Source: a virus (taxonomy: Duplodnaviria > Caudoviricetes). From it: 26,219 nt of DNA. Both the position numbers and the translations under genes were made by a program. The stretch covers positions 1-26,219 of IMG/VR virus record IMGVR_UViG_3300037462_000335; one strand, given 5' to 3'. How positions within the stretch are numbered: the stretch's first letter is position 1; every line of letters starts with the position of its first letter. The notes under the pieces are model-generated. The model was not told where the DNA came from and made no database searches. It worked only from the letters and a program-made list of their open reading frames with translations. Of this stretch, positions 1 through 7,696 are shown piece by piece.

Positions 1-179
1 TGCTGGACGAGACCATCGCGGGCGGGGCGGACTTCGTGCAGCTTCCCGTCGAGCCGCTGGTGCCCCGCCACCGCCCGTGGCTGGCGCGGCACATCGGCAG
101 CCATTATTGCGAGGAATTTGCCGAGGCGATGTGTTCACTATCGCAACGAGCCGGCGGCGCGGCAAACATAGGGACTTGA
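1..179 (+). pseudogene. Interrupted host GT2 glycosyltransferase, NfrB-like (phage N4 adsorption protein B family); enters from the left window edge and loses homology after nt 128
   Basis: Frame 3 (from nt 3) reads LDETIAGGADFVQLPVEPLVPRHRPWLARHIGSHYCEEFAEA. This matches my recollection of the NfrB-family motif (QLPV...HYCxEFAEAHGK). The expected HGK continuation is replaced by MCSLSQRAGGAANIGT and a TGA stop at 177-179. Not in the ORF track. Confidence 0.75.
110..150. other. Probable prophage attachment junction (attL or attR) at about nt 128/129
   Basis: Host-protein homology stops abruptly at GCCGAGGCG|ATGTGTTCAC, and the sequence shifts from GC-rich host codons to more AT-rich moron DNA. 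The partner att site and the integrase lie outside the window. Confidence 0.55.
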
Positions 180-201
180 GCCCTAGCGAACGGTAGCACG
201 G

Positions 202-229
202 TTGCCAGCGCCGAACCTATTCTGGCAAT
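202..229 (+). promoter_or_regulatory. Inverted repeat TTGCCAG-N13-CTGGCAA, possible promoter or operator for the 271 gene
   Basis: Perfect 7-bp inverted repeat (202-208 / 222-228). TTGCCA is -35-like, with GGCAAT 16 nt downstream. Confidence 0.25.
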
Positions 230-270
230 CCGTCATGTGATTGATTCGCGGCGAATTTGGGGGCTGATTT

Positions 271-864
271 ATGGAGTGGGGTACCATCTCAATTGTAGCT
301 GCATTGATGGCGTTCCTCTCATTGTGTCTGCGATGGCGTTTTCCTTCAGTTCCTCCCTTTTTGGCGAGCGCAGGCGTTGGCGTTGGGCTGTGTGGACTGC
401 TCCTTACGCAGATTTCCCTAGGGTATTGGCTTTCTGCGTCACTGCTCTTGAATGCAGCATTTGTTTTTGGCGTGCTTGATCAATGGTTATTTTCGCCGAA
501 ACAGCTTAGTCCTGCGCTTGACACATCAGGCGCAACCCTGCGCCTAAACTTCTTCGGTGATGACCGGCACCCACTTGCGACGAAAACCGACAACGTCGGT
601 ACGTGGGTTGCCTATTTTTCTCCAGAAATCAGAGCGAAAGTGACCTTAGATGATGGCACGGATCATTATTTGGGGCGCACTCCGAAGACTTGGGTCATCT
701 TCACATCCTTTGAGAACCTGGTCGAATCTACTCAAATCGTGGTGTCGCACAATTCCGGTACGCTACCGCCTTACAACGTTTTGATCTCGACAAAGCAGGC
801 TTGTGCCATAGCTTTCGCTGGTGAGATCCCCCCCGGCGTTTTGGAAATTGACGTTTTGGGATAG
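271..864 (+). CDS. Orphan membrane protein (about 3 N-terminal TM helices plus a soluble beta-rich domain), 197 aa; moron
   Basis: ATG preceded by GGGGG, three hydrophobic stretches in the first ~70 aa, AT-richer codons, and opposite orientation to the late operon. Confidence 0.75.
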   Translation: MEWGTISIVAALMAFLSLCLRWRFPSVPPFLASAGVGVGLCGLLLTQISLGYWLSASLLLNAAFVFGVLDQWLFSPKQLSPALDTSGATLRLNFFGDDRHPLATKTDNVGTWVAYFSPEIRAKVTLDDGTDHYLGRTPKTWVIFTSFENLVESTQIVVSHNSGTLPPYNVLISTKQACAIAFAGEIPPGVLEIDVLG

Positions 865-955
865 ATCGATGGTCAAGTTGACATCACCCGTGTGAAGGTC
901 GGACCGTGTTTGCGCTATGGCGCTGTGATCACCGGCAAAATCAGCGACCGCAAAA

Positions 956-1050
956 GCACCCTTGTACGGGCCTTGTACCATAAAGGGGACGGCCGTTCGG
1001 TTTGCCCGAGCAACCGCCCCCTCCGTCGCACCCTTGGTGCATAAGGGCGC
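956..1050. repeat. Duplicated GCACCCTTG...CATAA(A)GGG hairpin motif containing GTAC-N7-GTAC
   Basis: GCACCCTTG at 956-964 and 1028-1036. CCTTGTAC occurs twice, 11 nt apart (960-967, 971-978). Each copy can pair CCCTT with AAGGG. Confidence 0.5.
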
Positions 1051-1099
1051 AGGCCCTCGATATAGGTTGGTCACCCACGTTCAAGTGAGGAGACCAGGT

Positions 1100-1351
1100 A
1101 TGGAAGATTTTGACGCACTTCGACGCGAGTTCGAGCGGGTGAACTTCTTCCCCGGCTTCGACAGCAGCCAGCGCATCTGGTGGATCTATCTTCGCGCAGC
1201 TGTCGAGAAATGGCTGGAGCGCAACGAAGACCCCGAGATCCGCGCTGCCTATGATCGGCTGAAGGAGTCTCCCGAGAACCTGCCCAACGAGGCGGCGCGG
1301 TGGATTGATCTGCGCGATGCGGTGGGGAAGGTGCTGGGCGAGATCTGTTGA
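1100..1351 (+). CDS. Hypothetical helical protein, 83 aa (MEDFDALRREF...)
   Basis: Strong SD (GAGGAG, 1087-1092) ahead of ATG 1100 and GC3-rich codons. The start is revised from the ORF-track 962. Confidence 0.7.
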   Translation: MEDFDALRREFERVNFFPGFDSSQRIWWIYLRAAVEKWLERNEDPEIRAAYDRLKESPENLPNEAARWIDLRDAVGKVLGEIC

Positions 1352-2215
1352 CTAAGCGGACTTGCGGGACAGCACAAACCAAGCGCTGTCACCGTCTCCC
1401 CTGACATTCGCCTGATCGACCTGTGCATTGAGCTCTGCTGCGCGCTCAGGCGAAATCACGAGGTTGCTCTTGCCATCCGATTGCAGAGGAATATCCTGCT
1501 CGTATAGCTCGCTGCCAGCAATTGAAAACAGGGTGCCATCGAAGCCCTTATCGACCACGGCGAAGCCCGATTGAGCAGCCATGCTCTCGAAGCCATCGAC
1601 GGTCCACAGGAAGAAGTGGCGTGGCGGATCTAGGTGCGCCCAGTTCAGCCCATATCGCCTCCACGCGTAACCTTGTCGCACCGGGATGCGGATCACAACG
1701 CGACCTTGATCAGCTAGCAATTCATCGATCTCGGACATCGTTGCCAACGGGTCAGGCACATGTTCCAGCGAATGATGCATCATCACGATGTCAAAGCGCT
1801 CGGAGGGGCGAGCTTTGGTAATCAGCACTGGATCCACCAAATCCCGCGAAAGAAACGGGTCGTAACCGCGAAGGCGGGTAAACCCCCAATCCTTCATGGT
1901 GTGTAGTAACGCGCCTCCTCCACAGCCGATATCAAGCACTGATTGCTCTGCAATAAAGCTGCGTGCCCAGTCCGGTTTTTGGGGAGCCTTAAGTAAGCGC
2001 CTCAGCCGGTCTTTTATCGTCGGCTTGCTCGGAGTAAATGAATAGTATGACCCCTCAGGATAGTGAGCGGTCATGTCTGCTGGGATGTCTTTGATCTGCA
2101 ATGTATCGCAACTTGCACATCTGACATATTCAAATTCTTCGCGAGTGCCGAACATCATCTCACGAAGCACCACAGGCGGTTCGAGCTGGTCGGATTTACA
2201 GATTCGGCAAAGCAT
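1352..2215 (-). CDS. Class I SAM-dependent methyltransferase with N-terminal Zn-binding motif, of the type found in polysaccharide gene clusters
   Basis: CRIC...CASC, VLDIGCGGG (motif I), FDIVMMHHSLEHVPDP, and the LDPPRH motif. Confidence 0.9.
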   Translation of the reverse strand: MLCRICKSDQLEPPVVLREMMFGTREEFEYVRCASCDTLQIKDIPADMTAHYPEGSYYSFTPSKPTIKDRLRRLLKAPQKPDWARSFIAEQSVLDIGCGGGALLHTMKDWGFTRLRGYDPFLSRDLVDPVLITKARPSERFDIVMMHHSLEHVPDPLATMSEIDELLADQGRVVIRIPVRQGYAWRRYGLNWAHLDPPRHFFLWTVDGFESMAAQSGFAVVDKGFDGTLFSIAGSELYEQDIPLQSDGKSNLVISPERAAELNAQVDQANVRGDGDSAWFVLSRKSA

Positions 2216-2221
2216 TCGGGC

Positions 2222-2249
2222 AAACTAGCCAAAATCGTTGCAGCAGCAA
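2222..2249 (-). promoter_or_regulatory. Candidate sigma70-type promoter of the methyltransferase, possibly leaderless
   Basis: Minus strand reads TTGCTG-N16-TAGTTT-N6-ATG, with no SD motif before the ATG. Confidence 0.35.
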
Positions 2250-2263
2250 GACTTTAAGATGGC

Positions 2264-5200
2264 TCAGGCTGTCGGCTCCAAAGGTTGCCCCGTTGCCAAC
2301 GCAGCAGAGAGCGCCGCATATGGCTGATGTGTGGTGGCGAATGGCGTGTCCATGATCTGCCACTGGCCGAAGCGATAGCTGCTTGCCTGCCGCCTGCCGG
2401 GGCCAGCAAAAAACACATGATCGCCGCCGATGCGCTTCAACAAAGTGAAGTAGTCCACCTGTTGTTGGCCGTGCGTTGCAGATGTGTAGAGGGTGTTTAG
2501 CTGTTCCCGGTAGGCGTTCGTGAACACGCTTGTTGTGGCGGTGATCGCCGTCGAAGCAACCGTCTGGCTGATGCTAACAGTATAGGTGCCCGTCCCGCGC
2601 GTGCCGGTGCCAAATCCGGTGATCGTCGTTCCTGCGGCAATACCTGTCCCGGTAATCACATCGCCGACCGCCAAAGTGGCCCGAGCCGCTGCGGTGACAG
2701 TAAGGGTGTTCCCGCTGATTGAGCCGGTGACACGCGGGCTGCTGTCATCGTCGATCCAGTGCTGACCGCTGACCTCGTAGGACATACGACGCAGGGCACC
2801 CGGTTGCAGCCCTCGCGCGACCTCGAAGCTGGTGAGGTACTGATGGATATTGGCCCACTCAGTCATGCCAGCAGTGATGCGCGCGGCATAGCGGGCGTTC
2901 CAAAGGTTCCGGAAGCCGGTCGGGTCGGTGAGAGCTGTGTAACGCTCTGCTTCAGTCATGTAGCTGTTCGAAAAATATGCTTCCGAGCGAGCGACGTAGG
3001 GCGCAATTGCATAGCCGTACAGCTTTTCAAACAAGTTCTCTTCGGCAAGTATCTGGTGGACGGTGGTTTCACCAGCCACCGCCTGCCATGCCGAAACCCA
3101 GCGGAAACGAGGATCGACGCCAATAGCCGCTTCGAAGAGGTCGATGACGTGGCGCAGCGTGCGGGCATACTGAATATGGATGCCGACGCCTACCGATGTC
3201 GCCGTGATCGTACCCTTGCCTGTCACAGTAATTGAGCCGGTCGAGAAGATGGGATCGCACTCGGCGGTCGTTTCAGTCGCGGTCACTTCGATGTAGCCCG
3301 CCGCATTGCCGCCCGCGAACGAACCGGACGTGACCTTGATGCGCCGAACTGTGGCGGTCAGGGCGGATTGGGTTATGGTGTCGCCTTCGACAATCGGCGT
3401 CGTCAATGTGCTGGTGAAGGCAATTGAACGCACAGCGCGATTGCTGTTTTCCTGCGACTGCTGAAACGCCGCGCCGAAGTTCCAGACTTCGTTCGAGTAT
3501 TCGAGCACAACCGGCCCGGTCGTGTTGTCGCGCAGCCATGTCGCCAGAGCGCCGACGCCCGTGCTGTCCTTGCGCAGCCGGTCATATATGTTCACCCACG
3601 GGCGCATCCCAGCCTCGCCGATCGTGGCGAGTGCCTCGTCATAGGATGCTCCAATCACGCCGAGCGAGCAGAAGCGCGGGCTGTTCAACTGCGCGAAGGT
3701 CACGTCCAGGAAGCGCCGTCCCGTCGCTGCCGCACGGTTCGTCAGCAACGCATCCATGCACCGCATATAGCCCTTGGAGAACGGGTCCAGATAAGAGAGC
3801 GTGCCGGGGGCCGAAACCTTTGTGCGGTCTGCACCCTGCTTGTAGATGCGGAAGTAAAAGCTGCCAGCAGGCGGCAGCGCCACGACACCGTTAAACCGCA
3901 CGTCGCTAAAGCCGAACGTGATCTGGCTTGGATTGCCCGGAGGCGCAGCGAGACGAAGAACGCCCGTCCCAGTCGCAAAGTTGGGGCCACTAACCCAACT
4001 TACCCCCGCAGCCGCAAAGCTGAAATTCGTCCATGAGAGTTCCGGCGTGAACTCCACATCGTAATCGCCATATTCGGCGGGATCAAATGCGTCCCCGGCG
4101 TAAAGGAACGCGTAATTGGTGACGCCGCTTGGTACCGTAGTCGGCTTGTTGTCCGAGTTGATGCCCCAGCTCGTGGCGTCGGCAGCGTTGAACGCCCACT
4201 GGTTTGAAGGCACGCCAAGATCGGCCTCTTGCACGGCGATGCGGCGCGAGCAAACATCGCGGAACGTGGGGCCACCAGCAACGCCGTTCCCGCCGTCCGA
4301 CAATTTGAACCGCTGGAACAGGTTGTTGTAGAATATATTGCTGAAGTTCATGCCGAGCGAGAATGACTGCGCCGCCGCTTCAATCGGCACGGCTCGCGTG
4401 CTGCTTGCGATAATGGTGGGCGCTGCCTTGCTGCGAACCCAAAGGCGTACAGTCTGCCCGAAAGCCGCAGCCGGGAGAGCGACCGTGCTGGCCGAATATG
4501 CGCCGCTCGCAGGCGTGATGGTGCCCTGCCAATCGAGCAGAATGCGTCCTGTCGCATTGTTCGTGACGAGATATTCCAGATCGCCGGTTGTGCCGCTTGC
4601 GGTGCCCGAGAAGTCCAGTCGCTTCGATTGAGGTTGGAACTGCACCACATCTACAAGCCCAGGGGTGGCCAGAGTGATGCTGTTTGCCGGAACATTGCTG
4701 ACGCGGATGGCGTCGAAGCACGGAATAGGAAGTGTGAAAGTGGCATCGCTTAGCGCCTGCGTTGCCACGCCAAAATTGCTCGAAGTCGGAACGCCAGACA
4801 CGTCCCATCCCAAACCGCCATTCGCCGCCGCCGACGCGGGAGTCTCCACGCCATTAATGAACAGCTTGGCGTAGTTGCCAGCCACGCGCAGGCGAACGTT
4901 CATCGTTCCCGAGAATGGGTTGGCTGGAAAGCCGACAACCGTAGATGCTTGTAGCTGCACATTTGTGCCGCCGATCCGGCGATTGACGCTGTAACCGTTG
5001 TTCTGCAAATCAACGGTAATACGGTTGTTTGCATCAGATCGACGCGCTTCAATAATCCGGCGAGTGGAAAGGTTTGATGCCGGAGCTACGCCCATGATCA
5101 CGTCGACGCTAATCTCAGCGTCTGGCGATCCGGCGTTGATGAAATAGAAATCGGAATTGTTGCTGTTCCGCGCCAACACCTGCCCACCCTGAATATCGTG

Positions 5201-5605
5201 AACAGAAGTGCCGCTTTGGCGCGTCATGATTGTGGAGAGCAGCGTCCCGTTTGGACGCGCGTTGAAGTCTTCGTTGAACACATCGGTGTTCGGCACACCA
5301 ATCAGGAGGTTTGACCGGGCGGTGATGCCGTTGCGGGTTTCCAGAACGCTGATCGCCCGCCCGTCATCGGTGGCGGCGACATAGGTGTAAGTCGAGCCTG
5401 TAGCGCCAGCAATGTCCACGCCGTCCCGCTGCCACTGGCCCGTCGTCACGCCGGGGCCAGACCATACACCATTGGTCACCGTCAGCGTGCTGCCGTTAGC
5501 AGGCGTCCCGCTGATCGAGGGCGTGGTGATGTTCGCGGCCAGTTGCCCAATCACGCGAGACAGCGGCGACCTGATCCCGCTCAGCGGCGATACGATCTCA
5601 CGCAT
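2264..5605 (-). CDS. Large multidomain virion-accessory protein (Ig-like + lectin-like + putative clan GH-A glycoside hydrolase); candidate depolymerase or head fibre, 1113 aa
   Basis: Ig-like N-terminal motif (PSISGTP...[17 protein letters not shown]). EYSNEVWN (3479-3502) is acid/base-like and YEVSGQH (2759-2779) is nucleophile-like. Overlaps the upstream gene by 8 nt. No signal peptide. Confidence 0.65.
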   Translation of the reverse strand: MREIVSPLSGIRSPLSRVIGQLAANITTPSISGTPANGSTLTVTNGVWSGPGVTTGQWQRDGVDIAGATGSTYTYVAATDDGRAISVLETRNGITARSNLLIGVPNTDVFNEDFNARPNGTLLSTIMTRQSGTSVHDIQGGQVLARNSNNSDFYFINAGSPDAEISVDVIMGVAPASNLSTRRIIEARRSDANNRITVDLQNNGYSVNRRIGGTNVQLQASTVVGFPANPFSGTMNVRLRVAGNYAKLFINGVETPASAAANGGLGWDVSGVPTSSNFGVATQALSDATFTLPIPCFDAIRVSNVPANSITLATPGLVDVVQFQPQSKRLDFSGTASGTTGDLEYLVTNNATGRILLDWQGTITPASGAYSASTVALPAAAFGQTVRLWVRSKAAPTIIASSTRAVPIEAAAQSFSLGMNFSNIFYNNLFQRFKLSDGGNGVAGGPTFRDVCSRRIAVQEADLGVPSNQWAFNAADATSWGINSDNKPTTVPSGVTNYAFLYAGDAFDPAEYGDYDVEFTPELSWTNFSFAAAGVSWVSGPNFATGTGVLRLAAPPGNPSQITFGFSDVRFNGVVALPPAGSFYFRIYKQGADRTKVSAPGTLSYLDPFSKGYMRCMDALLTNRAAATGRRFLDVTFAQLNSPRFCSLGVIGASYDEALATIGEAGMRPWVNIYDRLRKDSTGVGALATWLRDNTTGPVVLEYSNEVWNFGAAFQQSQENSNRAVRSIAFTSTLTTPIVEGDTITQSALTATVRRIKVTSGSFAGGNAAGYIEVTATETTAECDPIFSTGSITVTGKGTITATSVGVGIHIQYARTLRHVIDLFEAAIGVDPRFRWVSAWQAVAGETTVHQILAEENLFEKLYGYAIAPYVARSEAYFSNSYMTEAERYTALTDPTGFRNLWNARYAARITAGMTEWANIHQYLTSFEVARGLQPGALRRMSYEVSGQHWIDDDSSPRVTGSISGNTLTVTAAARATLAVGDVITGTGIAAGTTITGFGTGTRGTGTYTVSISQTVASTAITATTSVFTNAYREQLNTLYTSATHGQQQVDYFTLLKRIGGDHVFFAGPGRRQASSYRFGQWQIMDTPFATTHQPYAALSAALATGQPLEPTA

Positions 5606-5885
5606 GGCTGACGAACACCTGCTGGGTGCCGTTGCTCGAGCGGGCCCAGACGCGGTTCGCGCCGCTCACGCCTGGGAAGAGCTCGGCGAGTGAGCGGTTG
5701 GACTCCCCCTGGCCGGCTGCATAGGTCAGCCCGCCGGCATCGGCAGCGGGGGGCGTGGTGCCATTGGTCGCGGTCACCACGATCGGCATCGCGCTGACGT
5801 TCTGGAACGTGATGCTGGTGACGTTGGCGTCGGTCAGTTCGGCCCAGTTGATGGGGCCGACGGGCTTGTTGGTGTGCTGGGGCAT
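5598..5885 (-). CDS. Small beta-sandwich-like protein, 95 aa; candidate spike base or adaptor for the downstream large protein
   Basis: Strong SD (AAGGAG), alternating beta-strand pattern, and translational coupling to 2264..5605. Confidence 0.6.
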   Translation of the reverse strand: MPQHTNKPVGPINWAELTDANVTSITFQNVSAMPIVVTATNGTTPPAADAGGLTYAAGQGESNRSLAELFPGVSGANRVWARSSNGTQQVFVSHA

Positions 5886-5910
5886 GAAACTCTCCTTCGT
5901 GTGCTGGTGA

Positions 5911-6246
5911 TCAGAAGATGCCGAGGAACTTGGGCCCCGAGCGCTTCACAGCCTCGCGGTCGCGCAGCTCGCAGCGCTCGACGATGCCGATTGCGGAAAT
6001 GACCCTGTCATTGGCCTTGTCGAGCTGGCCGGTTTGCGCGTCGGCGAAGGCGATCCAGTCGCCTGCGGTCTCGCCGTCCGGGAGCGGGGCGCCGGGGACA
6101 GGCTCGCGCCATTCGTCAGGGAGAAGGCTGCTGCAGGCACTCGGGGCGGCCACGATAACTGGCTCTCTTACAAAGAGCCCGCATCCCGGCAGCATGAACG
6201 CTATCGGAAACAGCAGCATCAGCGCCCGGGGCAGAGCGGATTTCAT
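5911..6246 (-). CDS. o-spanin (Rz1-like lipoprotein), 111 aa
   Basis: GGAG SD before ATG 6246, signal peptide with lipobox LPGC, Pro-rich mature region, and overlap with the 3' end of the i-spanin in another frame. Confidence 0.75.
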   Translation of the reverse strand: MKSALPRALMLLFPIAFMLPGCGLFVREPVIVAAPSACSSLLPDEWREPVPGAPLPDGETAGDWIAFADAQTGQLDKANDRVISAIGIVERCELRDREAVKRSGPKFLGIF

Positions 6247-6499
6247 CGGCATTCTCCATGGTGGTGCGGTCGGTTGCGGCAGCGCGTGCGCTCGCCTCGC
6301 CGACAGTGTTGGCAGCATCGGCCCCGCTGGCGATCGCGGCGCCGGTCTGGCCCGTCGCAAGCTTGGCCTCGGTCTTCGCAATGGTGGCGGTCTGGCAGGA
6401 TTGCAGGATCAGGAACCCGGCCAGCAGCAACGCAAGCACCAGGCCGATGATCACCCGGATCGCCAGCGGGGTGAGGCTGCGCAGGAACCGCGGCAACAT
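6116..6499 (-). CDS. i-spanin (Rz-like), 127 aa
   Basis: TGATG coupling to the endolysin stop, one N-terminal TM helix, an Ala-rich helical body and C-terminal cysteines. Confidence 0.75.
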   Translation of the reverse strand: MLPRFLRSLTPLAIRVIIGLVLALLLAGFLILQSCQTATIAKTEAKLATGQTGAAIASGADAANTVGEASARAAATDRTTMENADEIRSAPGADAAVSDSVHAAGMRALCKRASYRGRPECLQQPSP

Positions 6500-7080
6500 C
6501 ACAGCCCTCTCAGGCAGATCGCCCGCTCCCTCTGGCGGCGCAGCGCCAGGCCGCGAATGCGCTGCCCGCCCGCCTTGTCCCACATCAGGAAGGCATCGCA
6601 ACCAGCGCGCCATTGGCCGGCGTTAAAGCGGCGGGCCGCGGTCGATCGGCAGAAGCCGGATGTCCCGATGTTGTAAGCCAGCGAAACCGAGGCGACGAGC
6701 TGGTTCTCGCGGCCCTGACCGGCAAGCCCGGGCACGCATGCGATCACCGGCTTTGCATGCGCCACCAGCTGGCGTTCGAGCCGGGCGGTGCATCCAGCCT
6801 CCGTCTCGCGCATGCCAGGGCGCACACCCTTGGTATCCCCATCGCAGATCGTCCAGACGCCGACGATATCGGCATAGGCTGCAAGGAACTGCGGCCCTTT
6901 CTTGTGCTCGACCAGCAAGGCACCGTCGGTGGTGACGCTGGCCTTAACCTCGCGCCCGCTTTCATCCTTGGGGATCAGCGTGGCGAGGGCAATGGCAGCA
7001 GCCGCGCCGACCAGCGCGACCAGCGGGCTCTTGGGCGTGCCTCCACCCGGGGGCGGGGCGGGATCAATCGGCCTGTTCAT
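6499..7080 (-). CDS. Endolysin, GH24 phage lysozyme with a SAR-like N-terminal hydrophobic segment
   Basis: AYADIVGVWTICDGDT, SLAYNIG, WDKAGG...GLALRRQRERAIC, and an N-terminal LVALVGAAAAIALATLI. Confidence 0.92.
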   Translation of the reverse strand: MNRPIDPAPPPGGGTPKSPLVALVGAAAAIALATLIPKDESGREVKASVTTDGALLVEHKKGPQFLAAYADIVGVWTICDGDTKGVRPGMRETEAGCTARLERQLVAHAKPVIACVPGLAGQGRENQLVASVSLAYNIGTSGFCRSTAARRFNAGQWRAGCDAFLMWDKAGGQRIRGLALRRQRERAICLRGL

Positions 7081-7330
7081 CGGTCTTCACTCCCTGTTTC
7101 CAGAGCCGCAGCACGGTCGGCCCGAAGAAGGCGACGCCGCCGATCGCGATGGCGGCGAGAGCGCGCTCGGTCGGATCGGCGGGCATGTAATTGATGATGG
7201 AGAGCAGCAGCTGCGGCTGCGCGGCGAACGCCGTCACAGCGGCGCTGATCAGCGCGGCGAGCTGCACGCTCGACCATTTCCATGCCCGGCGCCATTCCGG
7301 CACCAGGTGCTTGTCGAGCCAGTCCATCAT
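7064..7330 (-). CDS. Putative holin, 88 aa, 2 TM helices
   Basis: WRRAWKWSSVQ motif, two hydrophobic segments, a charged C-tail, and position directly upstream of the endolysin. Confidence 0.75.
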   Translation of the reverse strand: MMDWLDKHLVPEWRRAWKWSSVQLAALISAAVTAFAAQPQLLLSIINYMPADPTERALAAIAIGGVAFFGPTVLRLWKQGVKTDEQAD

Positions 7331-7566
7331 GGGGCGTCCTTTCGGTTGCGTTCTTCACGCGCCAGTTCGGTGAGGAAGGTGACGTTGGCGTCGATGCGTT
7401 CGACCTTGGGGCCCAGCGCATCCATCTTCTGTTCCTGCTCTTCGATGCGGCGGGCGTGATCCTGCTGGGTCTGCCAGAGCACCCCGAGGTTGAAGATCTG
7501 CGCGGCCACGGTCAGCAGCAGGGCGGCCGTCGCGATCCAGTCGGCCCGGTTGAACTTCTCGCCCAT
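7327..7566 (-). CDS. TM + coiled-coil lysis-region protein, 79 aa (MGEKFNRADW...)
   Basis: TGATG coupling upstream and ATGA overlap with the holin. One TM helix followed by a heptad-like segment. The start is revised from 7722. Confidence 0.7.
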   Translation of the reverse strand: MGEKFNRADWIATAALLLTVAAQIFNLGVLWQTQQDHARRIEEQEQKMDALGPKVERIDANVTFLTELAREERNRKDAP

Positions 7567-7685
7567 CAGCCGAGATTCCGGCTCATCACGACTTCGCCCT
7601 CGCGCCAGACCACCCATTCTCCCGGCGCGCAGATGCGCTGCGCCTCGCCGTTTTCCACGGCGGCGATTGCCTCTTCTTTTGTCAT
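7566..7685 (-). CDS. Small hypothetical protein, 39 aa (MTKEEAIAAVENGEAQRICAPGEWVVWREGEVVMSRNLG)
   Basis: Translated by hand because it is below the ORF-track cutoff. AGGGG SD, fills the gap exactly, and its TGA overlaps the next ATG. Confidence 0.6.
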   Translation of the reverse strand: MTKEEAIAAVENGEAQRICAPGEWVVWREGEVVMSRNLG

Positions 7686-7696
7686 GATAACCCCTG

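Noticed and set aside
956-1050. Repeats read as a mini-CRISPR array or retron msr/msd
   Set aside because: Only two short degenerate copies, and no cas or reverse transcriptase gene in the window.
763-1074. 103-aa minus-strand ORF, and the 962 start for the plus-strand ORF
   Set aside because: The minus ORF overlaps the 271..864 gene by about 100 nt and has no recognisable features. A strong SD supports 1100 as the plus-strand start.
1352-2215. DNA methyltransferase or restriction-modification gene
   Set aside because: Lacks N6/N4 (DPPY/NPPY) and C5 (PCQ) motifs. DPPRH belongs to the small-molecule or glycan methyltransferase pattern.
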